Origin: Candidatus Cloacimonadales bacterium
Lineage (GTDB): Bacteria > Cloacimonadota > Cloacimonadia > Cloacimonadales > JAIOQZ01
Reading direction: 5' to 3'
Assembly: GCA_963674825.1 (NCBI GenBank)
Contig: OY771587.1
Span: forward strand, 160,001-224,000
Length of the DNA: 64,000 bases
This document shows positions 19,754 to 29,900 of the stretch, piece after piece (positions within the stretch are counted from its first letter, which is position 1; the number at the start of each line of letters is the position of its first letter). The notes under the pieces were generated by a model. It did not search any database, was not told the origin of the DNA, and saw only the letters and a list, made by a program, of their open reading frames with translations. The position numbers were made by a program, and so were the translations under genes.

Positions 19754-20635
19754 ATGACCGTGTCCTGGAGAATGCAGCACTACAACAATAGTTGCGCGTC
19801 CGCGTGCATGGCGATGCTGCTGAGTCAGCACAGTATCGATAAACAGGACCGCGACGTGATCATCGAGACGCAGATGCCCTGGCTTGTACGGCTGGACACG
19901 AGCAGCATGTCCTATCGGGCCGGCGTGCTGGTTCAGGACAAGGAAACATTCGACCTCATGCTGAACCGCTATGGCCTGGAGTTCATCGAGTACCAGCACG
20001 CTGACTGGCAGGAATACATCGACCGGGCAGACAATCTACTTTCCCGCGGCACGCCCTTCATGACCGGCATCATGAGCTCTTCGCATTCGGGATCGCACGC
20101 TGTGGTGTTTTACGATGCATACCGTGCACTGAATCCCGATACCGGCCTGGACAGAGCGCAGGAATACGCGTTCGAGGATGTGCGGGAGCATGTTGAAATG
20201 AGCTTCACCCTTGAGCAATTCGAGGAAATGGCAAATCCGAACCTGGTCATCGGGTGCCTGGCGGAGGCTTCGGGGAAGACTGCCGACCGCGACGTAGCCT
20301 TGCAGCGTAGCCGGAAGGCCATGAGCGTTTACGCGGATATCGTCCGGCAGCGCTTGAGCAGCATCGCGACACCCGACTACGACGCCTTTTTCCGCTTCAT
20401 CATCGACGTGGTGAAGCCCATCGCGCTCGACCTCTGCACCGCCATCCAGATCAGCGGCACCAATCCAGAGTTCGTCCGCACCCTGACCCACTACAAACAA
20501 GAGGTTATCGCCATCCAGCAGCAGATCAAGTCCGGCCAGCTACAGGACTGGGAAGCTGCGAAGGAGAGAATTGCTGAGGAGGCGGATTTTATTGGAAGCA
20601 ACATAGTACGGCAACCTATTCAAGATGACTATTAG
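19754..20635 (+). CDS. Papain-like (peptidase C39-like) domain protein
   Basis: QHYNNSCASACMAMLL, later GSHAVV and LNPD. Confidence 0.55.
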   Translation: MTVSWRMQHYNNSCASACMAMLLSQHSIDKQDRDVIIETQMPWLVRLDTSSMSYRAGVLVQDKETFDLMLNRYGLEFIEYQHADWQEYIDRADNLLSRGTPFMTGIMSSSHSGSHAVVFYDAYRALNPDTGLDRAQEYAFEDVREHVEMSFTLEQFEEMANPNLVIGCLAEASGKTADRDVALQRSRKAMSVYADIVRQRLSSIATPDYDAFFRFIIDVVKPIALDLCTAIQISGTNPEFVRTLTHYKQEVIAIQQQIKSGQLQDWEAAKERIAEEADFIGSNIVRQPIQDDY

Positions 20636-20658
20636 TTACATACCATGCGGGAGACAAT

Positions 20659-22621
20659 ATGGAAAAAGTTACGTTTCTTCCAACCAATGATTTAGCAAGA
20701 GGATACTACCTTGAGATTTTATATAAAGTAGTCACAGAATTCGACAAGAAGAAGTCTCGACGTACTATAAATGATTTTATTGAGATGCATCATATTGTTC
20801 AATACATGAATGAAAATGTTTTTCTCCTCAAATGGACCGATAGTGAGAAAGATATCATTCGAAGAAAAGCAAAAATTTTCCCAGCGATGATCTGTAAATA
20901 CTTCAAGAGTATTAGGTTTCGACAAATAGGAAGACTCTACAAAAAGACGTTGAACGAATATCGGTATGATTTTTGGTTCTTAATGGATAAATATGAGTGT
21001 TTTAATAACATTCCAGAGAAATACTTCCTACGCTATTTGCTTAGATACCAACCAAGATTACTCGACATATTATCACATAAGAAGCTTGTTAGACACTTCG
21101 ATCATGCCTTAAGGAGTTACTTAATTGTTTCAATGGAGACTGCAGAAAAGCTAATTGAGCGGTTTGCATTTGTTAATCATGGCAATCTCTATTTCCCTGC
21201 CTGTCTCACAATTCAAGACAAAGAAAATATTATCCAGAAATACATTATATCAAAGAAAGCAAGCTCAAACTATACTAGTGCAATTGAAAGCATCAGGAAT
21301 TGTTCTAAAGAACTTGAGATATCAGATAAAACACGCCTTGCTGCCAAAAAACGATCTATCCAATTGAATAATGACCTTTTCTCCAAGTCGCAGGTGATAT
21401 CTAATAAAATACGAGTATTGTTTCAAGAACAAGAGATAGAAGTCCATACAAGAAATGAAGGACTGAACCACACCTATTCTTACAGTACGAGCTGGATAGT
21501 TAATCATCTAGACTTCGAAACCCTTTTTAAATAATTTCATCCATTTATTCAACTTCGCTGACTTACAGATGAGGATATCACTTGTGAATAACCCGATTGA
21601 ACCTGGATTATTCCGATACTTACTTCCTCAAGGTAGTACAACGTATAATACAGGATTATCATATCAATACGTAGACCGACTTTCATCCCATCAATTCTAT
21701 CTATATTATAACATCCTTAGAGATTGCAACATTGCTACCGAAGATATGATCGAATGGTTTTTTACTCAATATCTCCCACGCGAGTTTGGAGCTAACGGAT
21801 TTCGTATTATTATGCCTTCATCAAATTCTCGATATTTTGAAAAATGCAGAACCGTTTTACCTGAAATTGAAAGTATATTGAAGCAATTTAATCTATATAT
21901 TAATGATGGCAAGATCGACCATGAATTAATGCAAATAGCATCAAATCCACTTCCTCTGAGCCACTGCTCAAGTTTCCTGCAAAATAAATACATATATCCC
22001 AATACTGATGAAAGCCAAGAATACCGAAATGTAGTCCATCTTCTTTTCTCAGACCAATGCATGCTCAAATACCTAAAACGCGCGAAAAGGAATTATAGAC
22101 ATTTTACAGAATTAATACTGTCTGAGACTGTCAGATACAACGACTACTCCGACTATCTACATAGTAGCTTGGACTGGTTGCAAAGGCATGGCTACATTGC
22201 ACTCCGTAACGATTCGCTATGCTTTTCCAACATAAATCAAGTACAAGTATTGTTTGATCTACACAAGAATCAGACAATAAATTACTGGCGATGCTCTCCT
22301 CAACTTCGCACAGAAATTGACAAACTCATCCAGAAAAGATTGCTGAAAGCTGGAAATAGTCTATTCTCAGCACCAGAACAAGATTACTTTGACTATCACT
22401 TAAATAGAAGAACTTTTAGCAATTCCTTGGACTTGAGAAACAAGTACTTGCACGGCACACAGCCTGATCCCGAAGACGACAAACAACATGAAGCCAACTA
22501 TATGATCATCTTGAAGCTATTGATTCTTATCATTATCAAAATTAACGATGAATTTTGCTTACATGATGATAAAAAAAAAGGAAATCCTTCTCACCCATAT
22601 ATGACATTACCATATGAATAG
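20659..22621 (+). pseudogene. AT-rich gene of about 650 aa with C-terminal HEPN-like RxxxxH motif, split by +1 frameshift near 21524-21534
   Basis: ORFs 20659-21534 and 21569-22621 join into ...ETLLNNFIHLFNFADLQMRISL if one T is removed from CCCTTTTTAAATAA; FSNSLDLRNKYLHG near the C-terminus. Confidence 0.7.
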
Positions 22622-22627
22622 ATACTC

Positions 22628-24607
22628 TCACTTCACCAGCAGGGCTTTGCTGACTATCTCCTTCTCGTCGGTGGCGAGCTTGAGCAGATAGACGCCGGAG
22701 GCGACCTCTTCCCCATGCGCGTCGGTACCGTTCCACACAACCTGGTGCTGCCCGGCGGCGTAGCGCTCGTTGGCGAGAGTGCGCACCTTGCGGCCTCGGA
22801 CGTCGTACACCTCCAGCCGGGCACGGGAATCGTGCTTCAGGCTGAACGTAACCGTCGTGGACGGGTTGAATGGATTGGGGTAGTTGGTCAGACACCAGGA
22901 ATATTCCGGCGCGCTGGGGTCGTCGGTGGCGTTGCTCACGATTATCGACCAGTTCACTTGCGCAGCCTCGAAACCATCCGATATGACGCACTGCATCGTG
23001 TATTCGCACATTTCCGTGAACTGCGCTTGAACCGACGCGGTGGAATCGGCGTATAACTCTCCGTCCAGGTACCACTCGTAGAAGAGCGAATCGCCATCTT
23101 CATCAGTCGCTTCGACCGCGAACTCGATCTCCTCGTTCGGATAGACGTAGATCTCCTGCATTTCTGGAATGATCGTCAGCACCACCGGCTCGTGGTTGAC
23201 GACGGTAATGTAGTCTTCGAACACCACCGAAACGCTGTCGCCGTCGTTGTAAGCCGTCATTTTCACCGAGAAAGTACCCTCAGCGCCGTAAGCATGTGCG
23301 GGATTCTGTTCCTGCGAATCGTAAACGCCGTCATTTTCGAAGTCCCAGTTATAGCTCGCCGGACCATGCAGGGTCATGTCCGTGAACTGCACAGCTCGTG
23401 ACGGGGAAGGCTCGGTGTCGTCGGCTACGAAATTCGCAACCATCAGGGTATCGACAGTCACGCTCATCAGGAAATCGTAGGCATCGGTCGCCATCGCCTG
23501 TTGTGCTTCGAGAATCACCTGATCTTCAGGCATAAACGAGGTCCAGCTATCAAAATAGGTGTCGAATGTATCAAAGAGCTCCTCTTCCATGGGGAAAACC
23601 TGTTCCCAGATGCCGGTTTCATCGTTGTTCACAAGCTTGTAACTATCGGCATAGAGCGTGCTGCCGGGGCAGTCGTAGATCATCCCCTTGAGCTCGATCG
23701 CCCTTTCGCAGAGGGCAGAGGAATCATCGGTGTTGGTCTCTTCCGGTGGTAATCCCACAGGAAAGACCGGCACAGCGATCGCGCCGGCAGGCTGTCCGAG
23801 CAGCGCCCACATGACGGTCAGTTCGGCTGGCTCGTACGGGAGCACGCCGCGGAAAACAGCCGTCGAACCGTTTCCGGGATTGCTGATGCTCTGGTTGGCG
23901 CGGACATAACCCCAGGGCTTTCCGGGCTCATATTGGGCAAGATAGGGGATTTCATAGGGGATGCTTTGGGAATCGGAGAGATCCCGCGAGTGAATCTGAA
24001 GGATGGAGCGGTAGTTGATATTGTTGTCCGCCTGAAGCTCTTCCATGATCGCGTTGCTGCGGTTATAGCGCTCAATACCGCTGCTACCTTCGCCATTGAA
24101 GGAGAAATTCGCGCGCACGATGTAGCCATTGGGGTCGTCTTGCGTATCGAATTTCCAGTACTCCGTGGTTCCCACCTCATACATGGCGGCACCGCCTTCT
24201 GCGTCGATCACAGCGTAATTTGTGTGGGTATCGCGTCCCTCAGCGTTGGTGCTGTCCAGAATCGCCTCGAAGTCGGCGAGTGTTTCGCACCGCGCCAGGC
24301 AATACAGCATCAGATCGCCGTTTCCCATGGGACGGTCAAGATCGCTGGAGAGGGCGTTTCCGATAGCGAAGCCTTTCTCATTGACCCCCATCCAGAAGTA
24401 ACTCGAGCCAACGCTGCCGATGCCGATGAAGTCGTTGCGGCCTTCGTCGTTGAACTTGACCACCTGACTACCGCCGACATCGCGGCTCTTCCACATCAGT
24501 GGCCGTCCGTCGTTCGTCACGCTGCCCGATGCAACGCCGATGGTGCAGGCAAATCCGTGCATCATGGCAAATAATAACAATATCGTGAGTAATATCTTCG
24601 CGTTCAT
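22628..24607 (-). CDS. Secreted Ntn-hydrolase (peptidase C45-like) + PKD + FlgD-Ig/T9SS-like tail
   Basis: Signal peptide then CTIGVASG...DGRPLMWKSRD, GVNEKGF; PKD WDFENDG...NPAHAY; NYPNPFNP...LLVK. The longer N-terminus in the ORF track is translated repeat DNA. Confidence 0.82.
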   Translation of the reverse strand: MNAKILLTILLLFAMMHGFACTIGVASGSVTNDGRPLMWKSRDVGGSQVVKFNDEGRNDFIGIGSVGSSYFWMGVNEKGFAIGNALSSDLDRPMGNGDLMLYCLARCETLADFEAILDSTNAEGRDTHTNYAVIDAEGGAAMYEVGTTEYWKFDTQDDPNGYIVRANFSFNGEGSSGIERYNRSNAIMEELQADNNINYRSILQIHSRDLSDSQSIPYEIPYLAQYEPGKPWGYVRANQSISNPGNGSTAVFRGVLPYEPAELTVMWALLGQPAGAIAVPVFPVGLPPEETNTDDSSALCERAIELKGMIYDCPGSTLYADSYKLVNNDETGIWEQVFPMEEELFDTFDTYFDSWTSFMPEDQVILEAQQAMATDAYDFLMSVTVDTLMVANFVADDTEPSPSRAVQFTDMTLHGPASYNWDFENDGVYDSQEQNPAHAYGAEGTFSVKMTAYNDGDSVSVVFEDYITVVNHEPVVLTIIPEMQEIYVYPNEEIEFAVEATDEDGDSLFYEWYLDGELYADSTASVQAQFTEMCEYTMQCVISDGFEAAQVNWSIIVSNATDDPSAPEYSWCLTNYPNPFNPSTTVTFSLKHDSRARLEVYDVRGRKVRTLANERYAAGQHQVVWNGTDAHGEEVASGVYLLKLATDEKEIVSKALLVK

Positions 24608-24843
24608 GGAATCCCCCTTATCAAAACCGATGATGCCGATGGATTTAAATGATGGCAAGGAAAATCTGTGATGCAAGTGGATCGTAATCCATCGTGTCAT
24701 GCTGCGTACAACGCAAAAGCGTATCGAAGCTCGACACGACGAACCATGTGATCCAGCATCGCTTTGTAGCGCTCGATCTCCTGTGTGTTTGCATGCAAAC
24801 ACGAATCCCGAGTGAAACGATAGCGAGCCAGGTGTGCGTTCTC

Positions 24844-25096
24844 CATGGAACGCGGACGTCCCCGTCCGCCTCCACATCTCCATCAACCTTCCACGATCCA
24901 TGAAATCAACATTCGGAAGATGATTTCTTGAAGAAAAGGGCAGGCACAGGGACCTGCCCCTACAGCGCACCCGGTACTCCGGGTCTTCTTTCCCCTTGGA
25001 TCGCCAAGCCCCAGCTTGGCAATTCTCCATGAAATCAACATTCGGAAGATGATTTCTTGAAGAAAAGGGCAGACACAGTGGTCTGCCCCCTACAGC
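24844..25096. repeat. Composite REP-like cluster 1
   Basis: GGAACGCGGACGTCCCCGTCCGC; two ~70-bp copies (24897-24966, 25026-25096) of TCCATGAAATCAACATTCGGAAGATGATTTC + GGGCAG...CTGCCCCTAC; GCCAAGCCCCAGCTTGGC. Confidence 0.85.
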
Positions 25097-25220
25097 TAGG
25101 TAGGCGACAAGTATTCTTTCGCGCAGGAATTGGGGATAAATCATTTTCATTGACAAAATACAAGTTTGGAACAATAAGTATAATCTCTGACCCAGTGGAT
25201 TTGATGAAAGGTGTAATGTA

Positions 25221-26849
25221 ATGGCTTACAGAGTTTTAGCAAGAAAGTACAGACCGCAGCGCTTCGAAGATGTCTATGCACAGGAGCATATCACCCGTAC
25301 GCTGTCCAACGCGATCAACCTCAATCGCATCGCGCACGCATACCTGTTTACAGGACCGCGCGGCGTCGGGAAAACCTCCATGGCACGTATCTTCTCAAAA
25401 AGCCTCAACTGCGTGCACGGACCGACTCCCGAGCCCTGCAACGTCTGCGACAACTGCGTCGAGATCACCGCTGGGACATCCTCGGATGTGATCGAGATCG
25501 ACGGCGCTTCCAACACCAGCGTGGAGGATGTCCGCGACTTGCAACGCGAGCTGATGTACGCCACCTCGAAATCAAAGTACAAGATTTATATCATCGACGA
25601 AGTCCACATGCTCTCTAAAAGCGCATTCAACGCGCTGCTCAAGACGCTCGAGGAACCACCCGAGAACGTGATTTTCATCTTCGCGACCACCGAGCCACAC
25701 AAGATTCTGCCTACCATCATCTCGAGATGCCAGCGCTACGATTGCCGCCGTATTCCGGTGGAAGACATCGTCAAGCAGATGCAATCCATCGCCGATTCGG
25801 AGGAAATATCGTTCGACGAGGATGCGCTCTATACCGTTGCACGAAAAGCGGATGGTTCCATGCGTGACGCGCTTTCGCTGATGGACCAGGTCATTTCCTA
25901 CGGCAGCCAGGAAATCACCGGCGAGCTGGTACAATCCATCTTCGGCATTCTTCCCGCAGAAACTTACATCGAGATGCTCGATCACGTTCAGAAGCGTGAC
26001 TCGACCGGCCTGCTGGTCAAGCTTCGCCAGATTCTGGACAGCGGAAACGACCTGCAGGAATTCCTCAACGGCTACCTCGACACCCTGCGCAACCTGCTTC
26101 TGCTCAAGGTCGGTGTCGACCTTCACGAACTCCCCGCAAGTATCATCAATGAGCTCAAGCTCCGTTCGCAGCAGTTCACAGAAAACGACCTGCTCTACAT
26201 GATTTCGCTGCTCATAAAGGCAAAGACCGACGCCCGGTTCGGAAGCGATCCCGTGCTACTCACCGAGATGGTCTTCATCAAGCTGACGCGCATCTCCGAA
26301 ATCCAGTCGCTGGACACGATGATCGAGATGCTGAACAAGCAACCGGTGGAAAGCCGCCAGGAGACCGAGGCATTCTCCGGCATCCAGAAAGAAATCCTGC
26401 ACTACACCCGAGACCGCGAGACCGAAAAGATCGTTCAGGAAGTGAAGAAGCAAAAACCTGAGGTAGAGAACCTCGATCTGGCATACGTTCAGGGCAGATG
26501 GGAAGACTTCATCAAGAAACTGCAACGCGAAAAGTTACAATTATCCGCAATCTACCTGCAAGAAGGCAAGATCCTCACCGTTCGCGACAATCTGATTGAA
26601 GTGGAGCTGAAGAGCCCTACCGCGATGTCGTCCATGCAGCGCAACCTGGAAGATATTCAGGCATGCGCGCAGAAGCACTTCGGGATCAAGCCGCGATTCA
26701 AATTCACCGTCTGCGAACCGGAGCAGGAGCAATACATCTTGAACCCAACACTCGAGCAGATTCGTGAAGAGACACCCGAGCTCGCCGAATTCATCGAGAT
26801 GACCAAGTCAAAAGTCGAATCCCGCACGCCAACGAAACTGAACCAATGA
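25221..26849 (+). CDS. dnaX: DNA polymerase III subunit gamma/tau
   Basis: LARKYRPQ, GPRGVGKT, EIDGAS, IDEVHMLS, LKTLEEPP, SRCQ. Confidence 0.97.
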   Translation: MAYRVLARKYRPQRFEDVYAQEHITRTLSNAINLNRIAHAYLFTGPRGVGKTSMARIFSKSLNCVHGPTPEPCNVCDNCVEITAGTSSDVIEIDGASNTSVEDVRDLQRELMYATSKSKYKIYIIDEVHMLSKSAFNALLKTLEEPPENVIFIFATTEPHKILPTIISRCQRYDCRRIPVEDIVKQMQSIADSEEISFDEDALYTVARKADGSMRDALSLMDQVISYGSQEITGELVQSIFGILPAETYIEMLDHVQKRDSTGLLVKLRQILDSGNDLQEFLNGYLDTLRNLLLLKVGVDLHELPASIINELKLRSQQFTENDLLYMISLLIKAKTDARFGSDPVLLTEMVFIKLTRISEIQSLDTMIEMLNKQPVESRQETEAFSGIQKEILHYTRDRETEKIVQEVKKQKPEVENLDLAYVQGRWEDFIKKLQREKLQLSAIYLQEGKILTVRDNLIEVELKSPTAMSSMQRNLEDIQACAQKHFGIKPRFKFTVCEPEQEQYILNPTLEQIREETPELAEFIEMTKSKVESRTPTKLNQ

Positions 26850-27940
26850 TCCTCGCTTATGCTCTGACCGGCTTTTATTGCCTGCTGCTGCTATTCCTGA
26901 CCATCGGTGTGCTGCTCCATCGCAAGCCAAACTGGCATCCACACCGCACCATCAGCGTTATCGTTGCCGCGCGTAACGAAGAGAAAAGCCTGCCACAACT
27001 GCTCGAAGCCCTCGCCAAACAGGATTATCCAGCCGATCACTTCGAGATCGTTCTGGCAGACGACCGCTCCACCGACGGGACATGGCAGATCATGCAGGAT
27101 TTCTGCGAATCTCATCAGCATGTCATTGCCCTACAAGTCCTCGAAACCGACGACGGCCATCCAGGCAAGAAACGAGCCCTCGCCAGAGCCATCGAAGCAT
27201 CTTCCGGTCACATCCTGGCCTTTACCGACGCCGACTGCCGACCCGGGCCCAACTGGCTTACCGAGATCGACCGGCACATCACCGAAAAAATCGACTTCGT
27301 AGCTGGCTACTCCCCGCTGATTACTGCTTCGGGAACTATCATCGATGGACTGAAAAACCTTGAGCGCGCATCCATCTTCGCCGTCACATCCGGCAGTCTC
27401 GGCTGGAACTGGGGCCTGACCTGCACCGCACGCAACATGGCCTATACACGTGAGCTGTACGACAGCGCGGACGGCTTCAGCGGAATCGATCATATCCGTT
27501 CCGGCGACGACGACCTCATGCTGCAAAAGCTTCATCACTTCTCGAAAGGCATGCGCTTTATCTTCTCACAGGATTCCATTGTGCCCTCTTACGAAAACGA
27601 CGATGTTGCCACGCAGATCAACCGCGAAACACGACGAGCCTCGAAATGGCGTTACTACCCGGCGTCCCTGAAGATCATCACCCTGCTGGTCATGCTCTTC
27701 TATCTCTGCCTGGCGTGCTGCCTCACTGGCGCGATCATCCATCTCGTCAGTTGGCCCGTCTTCCTGAGCATACTGGCCGCGAAGATATGCAGCGAATTCC
27801 TGATCCTCCTGACCTTCCTGATCCGCATGAAGCGGACACCCCTACTCCTGTGGTTCCCGCTCGCGGAAACCCTCTACGTACCCTACTTCATTTACTTCGG
27901 AATACGCGGCACCTTCGGCGCGTATCGCTGGAAGAGCTAA
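26846..27940 (+). CDS. Membrane glycosyltransferase family 2
   Basis: VAARNEE, DDRSTD, FTDADC, SGDDD; TM helices at both ends. Confidence 0.9.
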   Translation: MILAYALTGFYCLLLLFLTIGVLLHRKPNWHPHRTISVIVAARNEEKSLPQLLEALAKQDYPADHFEIVLADDRSTDGTWQIMQDFCESHQHVIALQVLETDDGHPGKKRALARAIEASSGHILAFTDADCRPGPNWLTEIDRHITEKIDFVAGYSPLITASGTIIDGLKNLERASIFAVTSGSLGWNWGLTCTARNMAYTRELYDSADGFSGIDHIRSGDDDLMLQKLHHFSKGMRFIFSQDSIVPSYENDDVATQINRETRRASKWRYYPASLKIITLLVMLFYLCLACCLTGAIIHLVSWPVFLSILAAKICSEFLILLTFLIRMKRTPLLLWFPLAETLYVPYFIYFGIRGTFGAYRWKS

Positions 27941-28008
27941 GCCTGCAAGAAGTACTTTAACCACACATAAACTATCCCAACCCCGCTCCTAAATTTTAGT
28001 TAATTATC

Positions 28009-28036
28009 TTGACATCGCTTTCATTTTCCGTACATT
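28009..28036 (+). promoter_or_regulatory. Sigma70-type promoter of the terS-terL-portal unit
   Basis: TTGACA-N16-TACATT with AT-rich upstream tract, then RBS GGAGGG and ATG 28055. Confidence 0.6.
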
Positions 28037-28054
28037 CAGTCGCGGAGGGTGACT

Positions 28055-28480
28055 ATGTCAGAAAAGAAAACCGTACGGTACAATCCAAAGCTCCATCCGC
28101 ACATGATCTATATCTACAGAAAGCAGGGGTGCGATCAGAAGGAACTGGCGGAGATGCTCGGGATTGAGATCAAGCAATTGAACGGGTGGCTCAAGCGTTA
28201 TCCAGAAGCAAAACAGGCATATCGTATCGAACCAGGAGAGATGGATCGGATCATCCAGCAAGCGCTGATGAAGATGGTGGACGGATATGAAAAGAAAGAG
28301 ACCGTCGAGACCTACAAGAAGAACAAAGACGGTGAAGAGGAGCTTGTCGAGCGCAAGGTAACTACGCGGCACGTGGAGGGTAATCCGGCCGCGCTGAAAC
28401 TGTGGCTGGAGAAGTTCTTGAAGAATAATGAAGATGACGACGAAAGCGCCGATTATGAGGACAAGGAGTTTCTGGATTGA
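28055..28480 (+). CDS. Phage terminase small subunit-like HTH protein
   Basis: GCDQKELAEMLGI...LNGWLKRYPE HTH, ALMKMVDGY, NPAALKLWL; stop overlaps terL start. Confidence 0.75.
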   Translation: MSEKKTVRYNPKLHPHMIYIYRKQGCDQKELAEMLGIEIKQLNGWLKRYPEAKQAYRIEPGEMDRIIQQALMKMVDGYEKKETVETYKKNKDGEEELVERKVTTRHVEGNPAALKLWLEKFLKNNEDDDESADYEDKEFLD

Positions 28481-29712
28481 TTCTGAAGCTGCGGCGTAGC
28501 GACTACCTCCCACATCAGTGGGAGTTCCTGACCAGCGAAAATCCATTCAAAGCGCTGGTGAGCGGCTTCGGTGGCGGGAAGACCCATGTCTTCCTGCGTG
28601 AAACGCTCCTGAACCACCTGTTTATGAAAAACAAGCAGGGAAAATCCAACGGCTGGATCGTCTATCCCACCTACGCGCTTGCGGAAGAACTCTTCTGCGA
28701 GCCGTTCAAGGAGCTCCTGGACAAACAGCGGATCAAATACGATTACAAAGCGACCCGCCTGAAGTTCGAGAGCAGATTCGGCACGATCAGGGTTTACCAA
28801 CTGCAAACGCCGCAGCGCATGGTCGGCACAGAGCTGACCTACATCGGCTTCGATGAATTCGACATCGGCAGCTACAAAAACTGCGAGATGGCCTACCGGA
28901 AAGCGATTGGCCGTCTGCGGGGCTGTGAAAACGCCAAACTGTATATTGTAACCACGCCGGAAGGCTTCCACTACACACACAAGCTCTTCGTTGAGGAAGG
29001 GGCCGATAAACATCTGATCAAGGCGAAAACAACTGATAATCCCCACCTTCCGGCGAGTTACATCCACTATCTTAAAAGCCAGTACGACGCCGTCCTGCTC
29101 AGGCGGTATATGGACGGTGAATTCGTGAACTTGAACACAGCGCAGGCGTATTACAGCTTTGATCGTGAGCGCCACACGGGAAATCCCGAGATCACAAGCG
29201 CGCAGGAGTACTACGTCGGCATGGACTTCAATATCGATCCCATGACAGCCATCATCGGCGTCATGCAGGGGGAAAAATTCGTCATCCTGGACGAGTTCTG
29301 GCTCAAGAACAGCAACACCGAGCGAATGTGCCAGGTGATAGCGCAGAAGTACGCCCCCCGCAAGGTGGTCGTATATCCAGATATGACCGGCATCAAACGC
29401 TCCACGAGTGCTGCGGTGGGCATCACCGACATCAAGATATTGAAAGCGCAAGGCTTCCAGGTTAAGGCCACGCGCAATCCACTGGTTCGCGACCGCATCA
29501 ACGCAGTCAACAACTCGCTGGCAAAGAATAATCTGCTCATTGCGCAGCATTGCAAGCACCTGATTCGCGATCTCGAGCAGGTCTGCCGCGACAGCCACGG
29601 AGAACTCGACAAATCGAACCCGGATCTCACCCACATCTCCGATGCGATGGGCTACGCGGTGTGGAACCTCTTCCCCATCGTCAGTCAACCGGACTGGAGG
29701 ACCTCAGCATGA
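28477..29712 (+). CDS. Phage terminase large subunit (PBSX/Terminase_6-like)
   Basis: Walker A SGFGGGKT, Walker B YIGFDE, coupling motif VTTP, nuclease VGMDFNIDPM and HISDAMGY; TTG start with RBS AAGGAG. Confidence 0.92.
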   Translation: MILKLRRSDYLPHQWEFLTSENPFKALVSGFGGGKTHVFLRETLLNHLFMKNKQGKSNGWIVYPTYALAEELFCEPFKELLDKQRIKYDYKATRLKFESRFGTIRVYQLQTPQRMVGTELTYIGFDEFDIGSYKNCEMAYRKAIGRLRGCENAKLYIVTTPEGFHYTHKLFVEEGADKHLIKAKTTDNPHLPASYIHYLKSQYDAVLLRRYMDGEFVNLNTAQAYYSFDRERHTGNPEITSAQEYYVGMDFNIDPMTAIIGVMQGEKFVILDEFWLKNSNTERMCQVIAQKYAPRKVVVYPDMTGIKRSTSAAVGITDIKILKAQGFQVKATRNPLVRDRINAVNNSLAKNNLLIAQHCKHLIRDLEQVCRDSHGELDKSNPDLTHISDAMGYAVWNLFPIVSQPDWRTSA

Positions 29713-29716
29713 GAAA

Positions 29717-29829
29717 AAGAAATCATCTTCCGAATGTTGATTTCATGAGGCGGTGTGTCGTCCATCGCTACGTCTCGGCAAGTCGGGCCACACGGCAAGG
29801 AGATGCGGACGTCTCGTCCGCGTTCCATG
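29717..29829. repeat. Composite REP-like cluster 2 (inverted relative to cluster 1)
   Basis: 29717-29747 is the exact reverse complement of CATGAAATCAACATTCGGAAGATGATTTCTT; 29805-29829 GCGGACGTCTCGTCCGCGTTCCATG matches the 24844 element. Confidence 0.8.
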
Positions 29830-29900
29830 AGGGAAGTGCGACCGCCGGAACCTTTCTCAACTCGTAACTCGTAACATATAAGTTATTTAAGGAGGGTAAA

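Noticed and set aside
19748..19756. TAG read-through fusing the oxidoreductase and the papain-like ORF (same frame)
   Set aside because: The oxidoreductase ends at a normal family C-terminus; the same 3-nt spacing occurs at thiE-thiC and after pdp; no recoding evidence.
24897..25096. CRISPR array
   Set aside because: Only two ~70-bp copies, dispersed copies elsewhere in both orientations, no regular spacers or cas genes.
24608..25174. 189-aa N-terminal extension of the 848-aa ORF, with repeated SSRNHLPNVDFM
   Set aside because: It is translated REP DNA; the signal peptide and RBS point to the start at 24607.
25221..26849. dnaX programmed frameshift (gamma/tau)
   Set aside because: No A AAA AAG heptamer or long A run found by eye.
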